From an uncultured Chloroflexia bacterium (lineage in GTDB: Bacteria > Chloroflexota > Limnocylindria > Limnocylindrales > CSP1-4), in contig CAVVDC010000015.1 of the NCBI GenBank assembly GCA_963746855.1, positions 55,295 through 119,294 on the forward strand: DNA of 64,000 bases. The letters are read 5' to 3'. The translations under genes were made by a program, and so were the position numbers. The notes under the pieces are model-generated. The model did not search any database. It worked only from the letters and a program-made list of their open reading frames with translations, and had not been told where the DNA came from. This document shows positions 36,074 through 46,039 of this stretch, in pieces (within the stretch, counting starts at the first letter, position 1; each line of letters opens with the position of its first letter).

Positions 36074-37549
36074 CTAGGTCGGCAGCGTGGAGATCGCCGC
36101 GGCAGCCGACTCGACGAACTCGATGATGGCGTTGGGGAAGATCCCGAGCACGATCGTCAACGCCGTCGCAGCCGCCAGTCCGCCCCAGACCAGGGCGCCG
36201 TGCCGCGGTGCCGGCGCGTCGGTCGCTGGATCGCGCATGTACATGTAGACGATGACTCGCAGGTAGTAGAAGGCGGCCACGGCCGCGTTCAGGACAGCGA
36301 TGACGGCCAGGAACGACAGGGGCCCGCCCGCCTCGACCGCGGCGAGGATGACGTAGGCCTTGGCGAAGAACCCGGCCGTCGGCGGGATCCCGGTCAGGGA
36401 CAGCAGGAACAGGGCCATGAGGATGCCCAGCAGCGGCTCCTTGCGCCCGAGCCCCGCGAAGGTGTCGAGCTGGGACGTCACGCCGGTCCGCTTCTGGAGC
36501 GCCGCGACGACCGCGAACGCCCCGAGGTTCATGAACGTGTAGGCGGCACCGTAGTAGAGCAGGCCCTCGAGGCCCTGGATCTCGCCGGCCGCGTAGGCCG
36601 CCAGCCCGACCAGCATGTAGCCGGTGTGGGCGATCGAGCTGTACCCCAGCATCCGCTTGACGTTGTCCTGGGTCAGCGCGACCAGGTTGCCGAGGGTCAT
36701 CGTGAGCGTGGATAGCACGAGCATGACCGGCATCCACCACTCGGCCAGCGGGCCGAGCGCCTCGACGAAGAGCCGCAGGATGAGCGCGAACGCGCCGATC
36801 TTCGGGCCGACCGAGAGGTAGCCCGTGACGGGCGTCGGCGAGCCCTGGTAGGCGTCCGGCGTCCAGTAGTGGAACGGGACCGCCGCGATCTTGAACGCGA
36901 CACCCGTGGTCATGAACGCGAGCCCCATCGCCAGTCCCGGTGAGAGCGGGGCGTTCCCCGCCACGATGTCGCCAAGCGCGGCGGCGACATCATCGACCCG
37001 TGTCGAACCGGTCAGGCCGAAGACGAACGCGAGTCCGAACAGGAAGATCGCCGAGCTGAAGGAGCCCAGCAGGAAGTACTTGATCGCACCCTCGGTCGAG
37101 TAGGAATCGGTCTTGTGGAACCCGGCCAGGAGGTAGCCCGGCAGCACCATCAGCTCGAGCCCGAGGAACAGGAGCAGCAGATCGGTCCCACCGGCCAGCA
37201 GCATCGCGCCGGTCATCGCGAAGACGAGGACGATGGAGAACTCCGCCACCGGCAGCCCGCGAGGCAGGAGGTAATCCGGGGCGAACATGATCGTCAGCAC
37301 GACGATCGAGATGAACAGGATGTCGAGGAAGCTCGTGAGCGCGTCGACCGTGTACGCACCGCCGAACGCGGTCGCCTCGGTCGTCCCGATCGCGATGGTC
37401 GCCGCGGTCGTCAGCGCGAGCCCGATGAAGGCCGTCCCGACCGCCAGCGCGGTGTGCCCGGGCCGGATCAGGTCGACGACGAGGATCGCGACCGCCGTCA
37501 GGATCGCGAGGACGATCGGGCCGATGGTGACCAGGTCCTGCCAGCTCAA
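36074..37549 (-). CDS. nuoN: NADH-quinone oxidoreductase subunit N
   Basis: 491-aa polytopic antiporter-like subunit (FHYWTPDAYQGSPTPVT). Last gene of the nuo operon. Its start overlaps the nuoM stop by 4 nt. Confidence 0.9.
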   Translation of the reverse strand: MSWQDLVTIGPIVLAILTAVAILVVDLIRPGHTALAVGTAFIGLALTTAATIAIGTTEATAFGGAYTVDALTSFLDILFISIVVLTIMFAPDYLLPRGLPVAEFSIVLVFAMTGAMLLAGGTDLLLLFLGLELMVLPGYLLAGFHKTDSYSTEGAIKYFLLGSFSSAIFLFGLAFVFGLTGSTRVDDVAAALGDIVAGNAPLSPGLAMGLAFMTTGVAFKIAAVPFHYWTPDAYQGSPTPVTGYLSVGPKIGAFALILRLFVEALGPLAEWWMPVMLVLSTLTMTLGNLVALTQDNVKRMLGYSSIAHTGYMLVGLAAYAAGEIQGLEGLLYYGAAYTFMNLGAFAVVAALQKRTGVTSQLDTFAGLGRKEPLLGILMALFLLSLTGIPPTAGFFAKAYVILAAVEAGGPLSFLAVIAVLNAAVAAFYYLRVIVYMYMRDPATDAPAPRHGALVWGGLAAATALTIVLGIFPNAIIEFVESAAAAISTLPT

Positions 37550-39207
37550 TGCGCGGCCCCGCCTTCAGCCGGTGCCGGCAGGGCGGTCTCGACCCGCCCG
37601 TTCATCAGCACGTAGACGATTCGGGCGAGGATGCCGCCCACAAGGAGGAGCAGCAGGCCGGCCACCACGACCGACGAGATCGCGATCGGCGTGCCGGCCT
37701 GGGCTGCGACGATCGTTTCGGTCACGGTCGTCTCGACGAGGTCGAGGAGGAGCCCGGGCTGGACGCCGAATACGACCACCAGGGCCGCCAGCGGCACGAG
37801 CGTCAGGATCTCAACGGGGGTCATGTCGGTCAGGTGGTCGCCCAGGCCCGCGAAGAAATCCGACAGCTCGCCGAACGCGATCCGGCCGAACATGTACAGC
37901 AGGTAGCCGGCGGCCAGGATCATGACGAAGGCGGCGATCGCGGCGGCTCCCGGGTTCACCACAAAGGTGCCCACCAGCACCAGGAACTCGCCGACGAAGC
38001 CCGAGAGGCCGGGCAGCCCGCCGGACGCGAAGACGAAGAACCCGAACACCGTGACGTAGACCGGCATCTTCGCCGACAGGCCGCCCATCCTCGCGATCGT
38101 CCGGTCGTGAGTCCGCTCATAGATGACGCCGACCAGCAGGAAGAGGGCGCCCGTGATGAGGCCGTGGTTGATCATCTGCAGGATCGCGCCCTGGATGCCC
38201 TGCTGGGTGAACACGAAGATCCCGAGCGTGACGAAGCCCATGTGGCTGACCGACGAATACGCCACGAGCCGCTTGAGGTCGGGCTGGACGAGGGCCACGA
38301 CCGCGCCGTAGATGATCGCGATGAGCGAGAGCACGATGATCGCCGGGGCGAACGTCTGCGCCGCATCGGGGAAGAGCGGCACGGCGAACCGGATGAAGCC
38401 GTACGCGCCGAGCTTCAGCATGATCGCGGCGAGGATCACGGAGCCGGCCGTCGGGGCCTCGGTGTGGGCGTCCGGCAGCCAGGTGTGGAACGGGAACATC
38501 GGCACCTTGATGGCGAACGCCAGGAAGAAGGCGATGAACGCCCCGAGTTGCAGCCCGTCGGAGAAGCCGCCGCCGGGCGTCGTGGCGAACGCGCGCAGGT
38601 TCTCGAAGTCGAACGCGCCCGCCCAGCTGCCCGTCGCGTCCTGGTAGAAGAACGCGGTCGCCAGGATGGCCACGAGCATCAGCAGCGAGCCGACGAGCGT
38701 GTACAGCACGAACTTGATCGTCGCGTAGATCCGGTTCGCGCCGCCCCAGATCCCGATGATCAGGTACATCGGGACCAGGACGATCTCCCAGAAGATGTAG
38801 AAGAGGAAGAGGTCGAGCGCGAGGAAGACCCCGATCATGCCGACCTCGAGGACGAGGAAGGCGATCATGTACTCCTTGATCCGGGTCTGGATCGGGGCGA
38901 AGCTCGCGAGGATGCTGATCCAGCTCAGGGTGGTCGTCAGCACGACCAGCGCGATCGAGAGCCCATCGGCGCCGAGCTTGTACTGGATGCCGAAGAACGG
39001 GATCCAGTCGACGGTCGTCTCGAACTCGAAGCCCTCGTTGCCGGGCAGGTACGCCACCAGCAGGACGAGCGAGACGACCCAGGCCAGGAGCGCGAACCCG
39101 AGCGCGACCGGACGCGCGACGCTCGTCGGCAGGACCGCGACGGCGATCGCGCCGACGAGCGGCACGAACGTGACGATGGTCAGGATCGGCAGGCTGGCGA
39201 GGTCCAT
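37546..39207 (-). CDS. nuoM: NADH-quinone oxidoreductase subunit M
   Basis: Start MDLASLPILTIVTFVPLVGA at ATG 39207, just after the nuoL stop. Contains FPFHTWLPDAHTEAPTAGSVILA. The track extension to 39564 is out of frame over nuoL. Confidence 0.9.
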   Translation of the reverse strand: MDLASLPILTIVTFVPLVGAIAVAVLPTSVARPVALGFALLAWVVSLVLLVAYLPGNEGFEFETTVDWIPFFGIQYKLGADGLSIALVVLTTTLSWISILASFAPIQTRIKEYMIAFLVLEVGMIGVFLALDLFLFYIFWEIVLVPMYLIIGIWGGANRIYATIKFVLYTLVGSLLMLVAILATAFFYQDATGSWAGAFDFENLRAFATTPGGGFSDGLQLGAFIAFFLAFAIKVPMFPFHTWLPDAHTEAPTAGSVILAAIMLKLGAYGFIRFAVPLFPDAAQTFAPAIIVLSLIAIIYGAVVALVQPDLKRLVAYSSVSHMGFVTLGIFVFTQQGIQGAILQMINHGLITGALFLLVGVIYERTHDRTIARMGGLSAKMPVYVTVFGFFVFASGGLPGLSGFVGEFLVLVGTFVVNPGAAAIAAFVMILAAGYLLYMFGRIAFGELSDFFAGLGDHLTDMTPVEILTLVPLAALVVVFGVQPGLLLDLVETTVTETIVAAQAGTPIAISSVVVAGLLLLLVGGILARIVYVLMNGRVETALPAPAEGGAAH

Positions 39208-39209
39208 GG

Positions 39210-41174
39210 TCAGCGCCCCACCAGCACGAGATACGAGCCGGCCATGACGATCAGCCCGACCGCGATGCCGAGGGCGTAGTTCTGCACCCGACCGGTCTGG
39301 ACGCGGCGGAGCCCGCGCCCCGACGCGACGGTCCCGCGGCCGACGGCGTTGACCGTGCCATCGACGACCTCGCGATCGAACCACCACATGGCGTTCGCGA
39401 CGCGGCCGCCGATGACCATGAACAGCAGGTGGTTGAGATCGTCGAACCACCACTTGTTGAGCGAAGCGCGATACAGGAAGGGCACCCTTGCGGTGAGCTC
39501 GCGGACGCGCTCCGGACGCGCGGGGAGGCGCAGGCCGAGGATCTCGGCGCCGAAGAGTCGCCATGCGATGGCGATACCGACGACCGCCACGGTCACGCTC
39601 GCGAGGATGAGGACGCCGTCGATGCCGGCCAGCTGGAAGGCCGCCTCCTCGTGCTGCAGGAGCTCGGTGGCCTCGGCGAACACGGGTTCCAGCCAGGCCT
39701 GGATCGTGCTCGCCCCGAACGGCAGCCCGAGCGCCATGCCCAGGACGACGGACGCGATGGCCAGCAGGATGAGCGGGATCGTCATGACCGGCGCCGACTC
39801 GTGGACCCGGTCCCAGACGGCCTTCGGGCCGCGGAACGCGCCCCAGAACGTCAGGCCCATCAAGCGGAACATGTAGAACGCGGTCAGCCCGGCGACGATG
39901 AAGCCGATGAGCCAGACCCAGGTGAACCCGAGCTTGAACGACTCGCCGAGGATCTCATCCTTCGAGAAGAAGCCGGCCAGCGGCGGGATGCCCGCGATGG
40001 CCAAGGAGCCGATGAGCATCGTCACGTAGGTGATCGGGATCTTCTTCGAAAGGCCGCCCATGTGGCGCATGTCCTGTTCCTCGTGGACGGCGTGGATGAC
40101 CGAACCCGAGCCGAGGAACAACAGCCCCTTGAAGAAGCCGTGGGTCATGAGATGGAAGATGGCCGCGGTGAACGCCCCGACGCCCAGGGCCGCGAACATG
40201 TAGCCGAGCTGGGACAGCGTCGAATAGGCGAGCACGCGCTTGATGTCGGTCTGGGTCATCGCGATCGAGGCCGCGAGGATGGCCGTGAAGATGCCGATGG
40301 CTGCGACGACGACCATCGTGTCCGGCGACGCGGCGAAGAGCAGGTTCGCGCGGGCGACGAGATAGACGCCGGCGTTGACCATCGTCGCGGCATGGATGAG
40401 GGCCGAGACTGGGGTCGGGCCCTCCATCGCGTCGGGCAGCCAGACGTGCAGTGGGAACTGCGCGCTCTTGCCCATCGCGCCCGCGAAGACCAGGAGCGCG
40501 ACCACGGCGATCGGGATCGGGAACGCCACGAGGGTCGGGCTCAGCATGACCTCGATGGAGTCGCGGATGTTCAGCGTCCCGGTGTTCGCGAAGATGGCCA
40601 TGATCCCGAGCGCGAACCCGACGTCGCCGACGCGGTTGACGATGAACGCCTTCTTGGCCGCCAGGGCCGCCGAGCGCTTCCGGTACCAGAAGCCGATGAG
40701 CAGGTAGCTCGAGAGGCCCACCAGCTCCCAGGCGACGAACACGACCAGCCACGAGTCAGCCAGGACCAGCAGCAGCATGCTGAACATGAACAGGTTGAGG
40801 TAGGCGAAGAAGCGCCAGTAGCCCGGGTCGTGGCTCATGTAGCCGATCGAGTAGACGTGGACGAGCAGGCCGATGGTCGTGACGACGATCAGCAGGCAGG
40901 CCGTCAGCTGGTCGACGAAGAAGCCGACCTCGACCGTGAACTGGCCGGCCGGGATCCAGTCGAAGTAGGTCACGCCGTAGCCGTGCTCGCCGAACGGCTC
41001 GGCGCCGGTCAGCGCGCCGTACGCCACGGCCATCGCGATCGCCCAGACGGCGAGGATGGCGAGGACCGGGATCCAGTGGGCCTGCTTGCCCAGCCGGCGG
41101 CCGATGAGGGCCGTGATCGCGAAGCCGGCGAGCGGCAGGCTGACGAGCAGCGGCAGGAGCGACTCGGGGCTCAC
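39210..41174 (-). CDS. nuoL: NADH-quinone oxidoreductase subunit L
   Basis: GTG 41174 ([18 protein letters not shown]) overlaps the nuoK stop (GTGA). Contains [30 protein letters not shown]. Confidence 0.9.
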   Translation of the reverse strand: MSPESLLPLLVSLPLAGFAITALIGRRLGKQAHWIPVLAILAVWAIAMAVAYGALTGAEPFGEHGYGVTYFDWIPAGQFTVEVGFFVDQLTACLLIVVTTIGLLVHVYSIGYMSHDPGYWRFFAYLNLFMFSMLLLVLADSWLVVFVAWELVGLSSYLLIGFWYRKRSAALAAKKAFIVNRVGDVGFALGIMAIFANTGTLNIRDSIEVMLSPTLVAFPIPIAVVALLVFAGAMGKSAQFPLHVWLPDAMEGPTPVSALIHAATMVNAGVYLVARANLLFAASPDTMVVVAAIGIFTAILAASIAMTQTDIKRVLAYSTLSQLGYMFAALGVGAFTAAIFHLMTHGFFKGLLFLGSGSVIHAVHEEQDMRHMGGLSKKIPITYVTMLIGSLAIAGIPPLAGFFSKDEILGESFKLGFTWVWLIGFIVAGLTAFYMFRLMGLTFWGAFRGPKAVWDRVHESAPVMTIPLILLAIASVVLGMALGLPFGASTIQAWLEPVFAEATELLQHEEAAFQLAGIDGVLILASVTVAVVGIAIAWRLFGAEILGLRLPARPERVRELTARVPFLYRASLNKWWFDDLNHLLFMVIGGRVANAMWWFDREVVDGTVNAVGRGTVASGRGLRRVQTGRVQNYALGIAVGLIVMAGSYLVLVGR

Positions 41175-41482
41175 TGGCGCATCACGTCGTACTCGTCGAC
41201 GAGCGGTGTCTTCTTGTTGCGGTAGATAGCGATGACGATGGCCAGCCCGACCGTTGCCTCGGCGGCCGCCACGGCCATGACCATCAGCGCGATGACCGAT
41301 GCCTGGGACCCGAGCTCCGGGATGAACGCCCCGAACGCGAGGATCGAGAGGTTGACGGCGTTGAGCATCAACTCGATCGACATCAGCATGCTGATGGCGT
41401 TGCGCCGGGCCAGGAACCCGAACGACCCGATGGCGAACAGGATCCCAGACAGGACGAGATAGGCGTCGAGCGAATCGCTCAC
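41171..41482 (-). CDS. nuoK: NADH-quinone oxidoreductase subunit K
   Basis: 103 aa, three TM helices: [35 protein letters not shown]...[14 protein letters not shown] 41482 overlaps the nuoJ stop. Confidence 0.9.
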   Translation of the reverse strand: MSDSLDAYLVLSGILFAIGSFGFLARRNAISMLMSIELMLNAVNLSILAFGAFIPELGSQASVIALMVMAVAAAEATVGLAIVIAIYRNKKTPLVDEYDVMRQ

Positions 41483-42072
41483 GACGGGCCGCCCGGTTCC
41501 CGCTTGGCCAGGAAGACGCCACCGACGACGGCGGCGAGCAGCAGGACGCTGACGATCTCGAAGGGCAGCACGAAGTCGCTGAACAGCAGGCGCGAGAGCG
41601 CGTCGGTGCCCTGGTGGATCCGTTCGCCCACCTCGTGCCAGTCCGTGGCGCTGACGGCCAGCGCGATGAGCACGGCGATGATGACCGCGGCGATCGCCGC
41701 CGGCCCGGCCTGCGTCTGGAAGACCAGGCGGCTGGGCGCGTCCTTGGTCTGGGTCAGCATGATGGCGAACAGGATCAGGACGCTGATGGCCCCGATGTAG
41801 ACGATCACCTGGGCGGCCCCGAGCAGCGGCGCGCCCATCAGCACGTAGATGCCGGCCAGGGCCCCGAAGCACACGATCATGGCCAGGCCGCAGCGGATGA
41901 TGTCGCGCATCGTGACCACGAGCAGGCCGCTGATGAGCATCAGGGCGGCGAGGACGAAGAACAGGGCGTCGGCCCAGTCCTGGCCGAGGAACAGGAGCAT
42001 CACCCCGGCGAAGCCGAGGACCGCGCCGACCACCATGGCCGCGAGGACGATGGGGATGAGCTTCTTGAGCAC
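41479..42072 (-). CDS. nuoJ: NADH-quinone oxidoreductase subunit J
   Basis: 197 aa, five TM helices. [31 protein letters not shown]...[21 protein letters not shown] is typical of NuoJ. Confidence 0.88.
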   Translation of the reverse strand: MLKKLIPIVLAAMVVGAVLGFAGVMLLFLGQDWADALFFVLAALMLISGLLVVTMRDIIRCGLAMIVCFGALAGIYVLMGAPLLGAAQVIVYIGAISVLILFAIMLTQTKDAPSRLVFQTQAGPAAIAAVIIAVLIALAVSATDWHEVGERIHQGTDALSRLLFSDFVLPFEIVSVLLLAAVVGGVFLAKREPGGPS

Positions 42073-42078
42073 GACCCG

Positions 42079-44703
42079 CTACTCGTGGCCGCCGGGGCCG
42101 AGGGCCGGACCGGCGCCGTGGCCGTTGCCGTGGGCATGGCCGTTGCCGTGGTCGTGCCCGTTGCCCGAGCGTGCCGCGATGCCCGGGATCGTCGCCGGGA
42201 GGACGGGCAGCATGCGGGCTGGATCGAACGTACGACCCTCGGCCGCCGCGGCGTCCACCCAGTTCCGCTCGCGGCGGACGTACGTCACCTCGGTCTCGCG
42301 GGCGATCTCGGCGAGCGAGATGAGGTCGATGGTCGGTTCCGCGCGACTGGTGTGGGCGAGCTCGATATCGCCGCCGTCGCGCAGGGCGTCGTACGGACAC
42401 GCATCGACACAGATGCCGCACAGGATGCAGCGGCTCTCATCGACCTCGTACTTCTCGAGCACCCGCGGCTTGGGCATGAGCGCGCCCGTCGGACAGGTCT
42501 CGGCGCACCGCCCGCAGGACACGCACGGCGTGTCGTTGAGGCTCATGTCCAGCGGCGTCGTCACGAGCGTGTCGAAGCCGATGCGCATGAAGTCGTAGCA
42601 GGCCGCGCCGACGACCTCGGAGCACACCTGGGCACACCGGCCGCAGTCGATGCAGCGCGACGGCTCGCGCAGGATGAAGGCGTGCGAATCGTCGCGGACG
42701 TAGTCGTGGTTGACGCCGGTGAAACGGTTCTCGGTCACGCTCCGGTAGCCGGCCCCCTGGTCGTACTGGGGCTCGAGCGTCTTGAGCGTCGTGCCGTATT
42801 CGATGCCGAGGCGGCGCAGGTCGCAGAAGCCGATGGCCTCGCACGTGCACTGCAGGCAGCGGGTCGATTCCGCCACCGCGTCCTCGCGTGTGTACGGAAG
42901 CTCGTACTCGATGTAGCTGTGGTTGCGCTCCTCGGCCTCGAGGGCCGTCATGCGGTAGCGCGGCTCCTTCACCTCGCCGGTGAAGGGCACGATGGACAGG
43001 AACTCGGGCTGCGGCTCGGCCAGCGTCTGGCGGGTCCGGATCGCGCCGAGGTCCAGGCCCTGGAGGAACGCGTCCACCGCGTAGGCCGCGCGCCGGCCCT
43101 CGGCGACGGCCTGCACGACGGTCGCGGCCCCGACCCGCACGTCGCCGGTGCCGAAGACCCCGGGACGCCCGGTCTCGAAGGTGACCGCGTCGGCCTTGAG
43201 CCGGTGCTGCTTGGTCGCCTCGACACCGTCGGCACCCGAGCCGATCCAGCTGAGGTCCGGTCCCTGCCCGATGGCGAGCAGGACGCGGTCGCAGGGCACG
43301 GTGAACTCCGTGCCGGGCGCCGGTTCCGGTCGCCGCCGACCGGACGCGTCCGGCTCGCCGAGCTGCATCCGGATGAATTCGACGCCGGTCACGTTGCCCG
43401 CCTTGTCGGTGATGACCCGGGTCGGGCCGGCCTGGAAGATGGCCGTGACGCCCTCTTCGATGGCCTCGTGGACCTCGTTGGACGCGGGCATGTCCTTCAT
43501 GTCGCGGCGGTAGACGAGGGTCACGTCCTTCGCGCCCTGGCGGACCGAGGTCCGGCTGCAGTCCATCGAGGTGAACCCGCCGCCGATGACCACGACCCGC
43601 TTGCCGGCATGGTCCGGGTAGGGCAGGCCGAGCGTCGCGGTGCGCAGGTACTCGAGCCCGTCGAGGACCTCCGCCGCATCCTCGCCCGGGATGCCGAGCT
43701 TGTTGGTGTCGTAGCAGCCGATGGCCACGATCACGGCGTCGAAGCCCTGGTTGGTCAGGTCATCGAGCGTGAAGTCGGTGCCGAGCCCGGCGTTGCACAC
43801 GATCTTGCCGCCGAGCCGGGTGACCAATTCGTATTCGGCGTCGAGGACCTCGATCTTCGGCAGCCGGTACTGCGGGATGCCGTAGCGCAGCATCCCGCCC
43901 GGGGCCGGATCGCGCTCGAAGACGGTGACGTCGTGTCCGGCGATGAGCAGGTAGAACGCGGCGGCCATCCCGGCCGGGCCCGACCCGATGACCGCGGCGC
44001 GGCGGCCACTCGGCGCCTGGCGCTCGAACGGCAGCGGCGGGTCGACGCCCTCGTCGAGCATCGCCTTGAGTACCTGGTCGCCGGCGTAGCGGTGGCTGTC
44101 GCGGATGGCGATCGCCTCGTCGACCTCGTCACGCCGGCAGTGCTCCTCGCACGGCGCCGGGCAGACCCGACCGAGGACGGACGGGAACGGGATCGTCCGC
44201 TTGAAGATGCGCGTGCTCTCGCGCCAGTTGGCTTCGGCGTTGGCCTTGAGGAAGCCCGGGATGTCGATGTGGCTCGGGCACTTGTTCTGGCAGGGCGGCA
44301 GGCAGTAGGCGTTGTGGTCGCTGAAGATCAGCTCGAGGTTCGTCCGGCGCAACCGGCGGACTTCCTCGGTCTGGGTCTGGACCTTCATCCCCGGTTCGCA
44401 CGTCCGCGAGCAGCTGATGGGCGGGTGCTCCTCGCCCTCGACCTCGACGACGCACATCCGGCACGCCCCGAAGCCGGGCAGCTTCGGCTCGTAGCACAGG
44501 GTCGGGATCTCGATCCCGTTGTCGCGGCAGACCTCGAGGATGGTCTGCCCGGCGAAGCCCTCGACGACCCGCCCGTCGACCTCGATGCGGATCCGCGGCG
44601 ACGTCTGAGGCCGTTGGGGCGAGCGGGTCTCCAGGAGACGCTCGGCGAGCGAATCCGTCTCCGTGTCGGGGTGGCTGTCGGGACGCGTCAACAGGTCGGC
44701 CAT
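42079..44703 (-). CDS. 874-aa Fe-S flavoprotein fusion in the position of nuoG. Domain order: NuoG-type [2Fe-2S] domain, GltD-like NAD(P)H/FAD oxidoreductase, C4 motif, 2x[4Fe-4S] domain, orphan NuoI-like C-terminal half-motif, His-rich tail.
   Basis: aa 37-125: [10 protein letters not shown]...[16 protein letters not shown]...SCSRTC. aa 130-550: H-x3-C-x3-C-x3-[52 protein letters not shown]. aa 616-627: [12 protein letters not shown]. aa 684-737: [11 protein letters not shown]...[16 protein letters not shown]. aa 750-800: [28 protein letters not shown]. Tail: [17 protein letters not shown]. No molybdopterin-like NuoG C-terminal domain. Start trimmed to ATG 44703, 8 nt after the upstream stop. 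Confidence 0.8.
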   Translation of the reverse strand: MADLLTRPDSHPDTETDSLAERLLETRSPQRPQTSPRIRIEVDGRVVEGFAGQTILEVCRDNGIEIPTLCYEPKLPGFGACRMCVVEVEGEEHPPISCSRTCEPGMKVQTQTEEVRRLRRTNLELIFSDHNAYCLPPCQNKCPSHIDIPGFLKANAEANWRESTRIFKRTIPFPSVLGRVCPAPCEEHCRRDEVDEAIAIRDSHRYAGDQVLKAMLDEGVDPPLPFERQAPSGRRAAVIGSGPAGMAAAFYLLIAGHDVTVFERDPAPGGMLRYGIPQYRLPKIEVLDAEYELVTRLGGKIVCNAGLGTDFTLDDLTNQGFDAVIVAIGCYDTNKLGIPGEDAAEVLDGLEYLRTATLGLPYPDHAGKRVVVIGGGFTSMDCSRTSVRQGAKDVTLVYRRDMKDMPASNEVHEAIEEGVTAIFQAGPTRVITDKAGNVTGVEFIRMQLGEPDASGRRRPEPAPGTEFTVPCDRVLLAIGQGPDLSWIGSGADGVEATKQHRLKADAVTFETGRPGVFGTGDVRVGAATVVQAVAEGRRAAYAVDAFLQGLDLGAIRTRQTLAEPQPEFLSIVPFTGEVKEPRYRMTALEAEERNHSYIEYELPYTREDAVAESTRCLQCTCEAIGFCDLRRLGIEYGTTLKTLEPQYDQGAGYRSVTENRFTGVNHDYVRDDSHAFILREPSRCIDCGRCAQVCSEVVGAACYDFMRIGFDTLVTTPLDMSLNDTPCVSCGRCAETCPTGALMPKPRVLEKYEVDESRCILCGICVDACPYDALRDGGDIELAHTSRAEPTIDLISLAEIARETEVTYVRRERNWVDAAAAEGRTFDPARMLPVLPATIPGIAARSGNGHDHGNGHAHGNGHGAGPALGPGGHE

Positions 44704-44711
44704 GGGTCGCC

Positions 44712-46037
44712 TTATCGGCTCGCGCCGACGGCCACCGCGATCGGGTGGCAGACGCCGGCAGGGCAGGAGCTGTTCAGGAGGTGCTCGTCCAGTTCCGCCC
44801 GGAAGTATCGCATCACGCTCGTCAGCGGGAGGGTCGCCAGCCGCTCGTGATCGCACAGCGCCGAACCGACGATGTCGGACGAGAGGTCGGCCAGGAGTTC
44901 GACATCGGTCGGGCGCGGCCGCCCGTCCACGGCGCGATCCGCGATCTCGACGAGCCGTCGCGTGCCGATCCGGCAGGGGATCGTCTTGCCGCAGGCCTCG
45001 CTCGCGCAGAACCCGGTCAGGAGCCGGGCGAGGTCGACGACGCAGGCACGGTCATCGGCGACGACGACCGAACCCGAGCCGATGTGGGCGCCGGCCGCGC
45101 GAAGCGGCTCGAAGTCGTACGCCGTGTTCAGCTGGTCGGCGGGCAGCAGGCCGCCCGACGGGCCACCGACCAGGACCGCCTTGATCGAGCGACCTGCCGG
45201 CAGGTCGCCGCCGAGCGCCACGACCTTGCGCAACGGCGTCCCGAGCGGCACTTCGGCGATCCCGTCCCGTGACGGGGTCCGGACCTGGACCAGCACGGTC
45301 CCCGGGCTCGTCTTCGAGCCCGTCTTCGCGAACTCGTCGGCGCCATGGCGGACGATCCAGCCGACGGCGGCCAGGGTCTGCACGTTGTGGACGACCGTCG
45401 GGGCGTCCCACAGGCCCCGCTCCGCAGGGTGTGGGGGCCGCTGCTCCGGCTGGCCGCGCTTGCCCTCGAGGGCCTTGAGCAGAACGGTCTCCTCGCCCAG
45501 CATGTAGGCGCCCTGGACGGGCCGGACCGTGACGGCCAGGTCGGTCCGCGGGCCGAAGGCGTCCGGGCCGATGTATCCGGCCTCCTCCGCCGCGCCGATC
45601 GCCGACTCGAGCCCGCGGATCGCCTCGGCGTCCTCGGCCCGGACCGCGATGATCGCCTCGGTCGCGCCCGTGGCGAAGGCCGCGATGGCCAGCCCCGCGA
45701 TGACGGCATACGGGTCGCGTTCGAGCAGGAACCGGTCCGTCCCCGAGGCCGGGTCCGCGCCGTAGCCATTGGCGACGACGAACCGGCGCGGGGCGTCGCT
45801 CGCGGCGGCGGTCCGCCACTTCTCGGCGGCGAGGTAGCCGGCGCCGCCCCGGCCCCGCAGGCCGGACGCCGCGATGACCCCGATGGTCGCGCTCGGACCG
45901 AGGTCGCGAACCGCCTTCGCCAAGCCCTCGAAGGCGCCCGACCGGACCGCGGCGTCGAGGTCGGTGGGATCGTCGGCATCGGCACGCTCGAGCAGGATCG
46001 TCGGCCATCCGGCCGGGGTCTTGAGGCGATCGACCAC
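44712..46037 (-). CDS. NuoF-like (51-kDa family) subunit with degenerate nucleotide motif and one missing N3-cluster Cys
   Basis: GLRGRGGAGY, GAYMLGEETVLLKALEG, RPPHPAERGLWDAPTVVHNVQTLA. It has ANGYGADPASGTDR where NuoF has NADEsEPGtfKDR, and EACGKTIPCRIG where NuoF has ESCGKCtPCReG. GTG start at 46037. Confidence 0.8.
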   Translation of the reverse strand: MVDRLKTPAGWPTILLERADADDPTDLDAAVRSGAFEGLAKAVRDLGPSATIGVIAASGLRGRGGAGYLAAEKWRTAAASDAPRRFVVANGYGADPASGTDRFLLERDPYAVIAGLAIAAFATGATEAIIAVRAEDAEAIRGLESAIGAAEEAGYIGPDAFGPRTDLAVTVRPVQGAYMLGEETVLLKALEGKRGQPEQRPPHPAERGLWDAPTVVHNVQTLAAVGWIVRHGADEFAKTGSKTSPGTVLVQVRTPSRDGIAEVPLGTPLRKVVALGGDLPAGRSIKAVLVGGPSGGLLPADQLNTAYDFEPLRAAGAHIGSGSVVVADDRACVVDLARLLTGFCASEACGKTIPCRIGTRRLVEIADRAVDGRPRPTDVELLADLSSDIVGSALCDHERLATLPLTSVMRYFRAELDEHLLNSSCPAGVCHPIAVAVGASR

Positions 46038-46039
46038 GG

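Noticed and set aside
42082-42168. Short direct DNA repeats (also at 2518-2712 and 34570-34600), considered as possible CRISPR or tandem-repeat loci
   Set aside because: The repeats are irregular and 6-15 nt long. They lie in frame within coding regions and translate to low-complexity peptide repeats (GNGH, DDRPPRR, PAPAPAP). There is no repeat-spacer architecture.
37546-42421. Long 5' extensions of nuoM (to 39564), nuoL (to 41522) and nuoK (to 42421) in the ORF track
   Set aside because: Each extension overlaps the preceding nuo gene in another frame. Conserved N-termini start at ATG 39207, GTG 41174 and GTG 41482, right at the upstream stop codons.
41614-44850. 1078-aa plus-strand ORF across nuoJ and the Fe-S flavoprotein gene
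   Set aside because: It is antisense to genes with clear Fe-S, flavin and Nuo motifs. It has an Arg/Asp/Gly/His-rich low-information composition. It is a shadow ORF.
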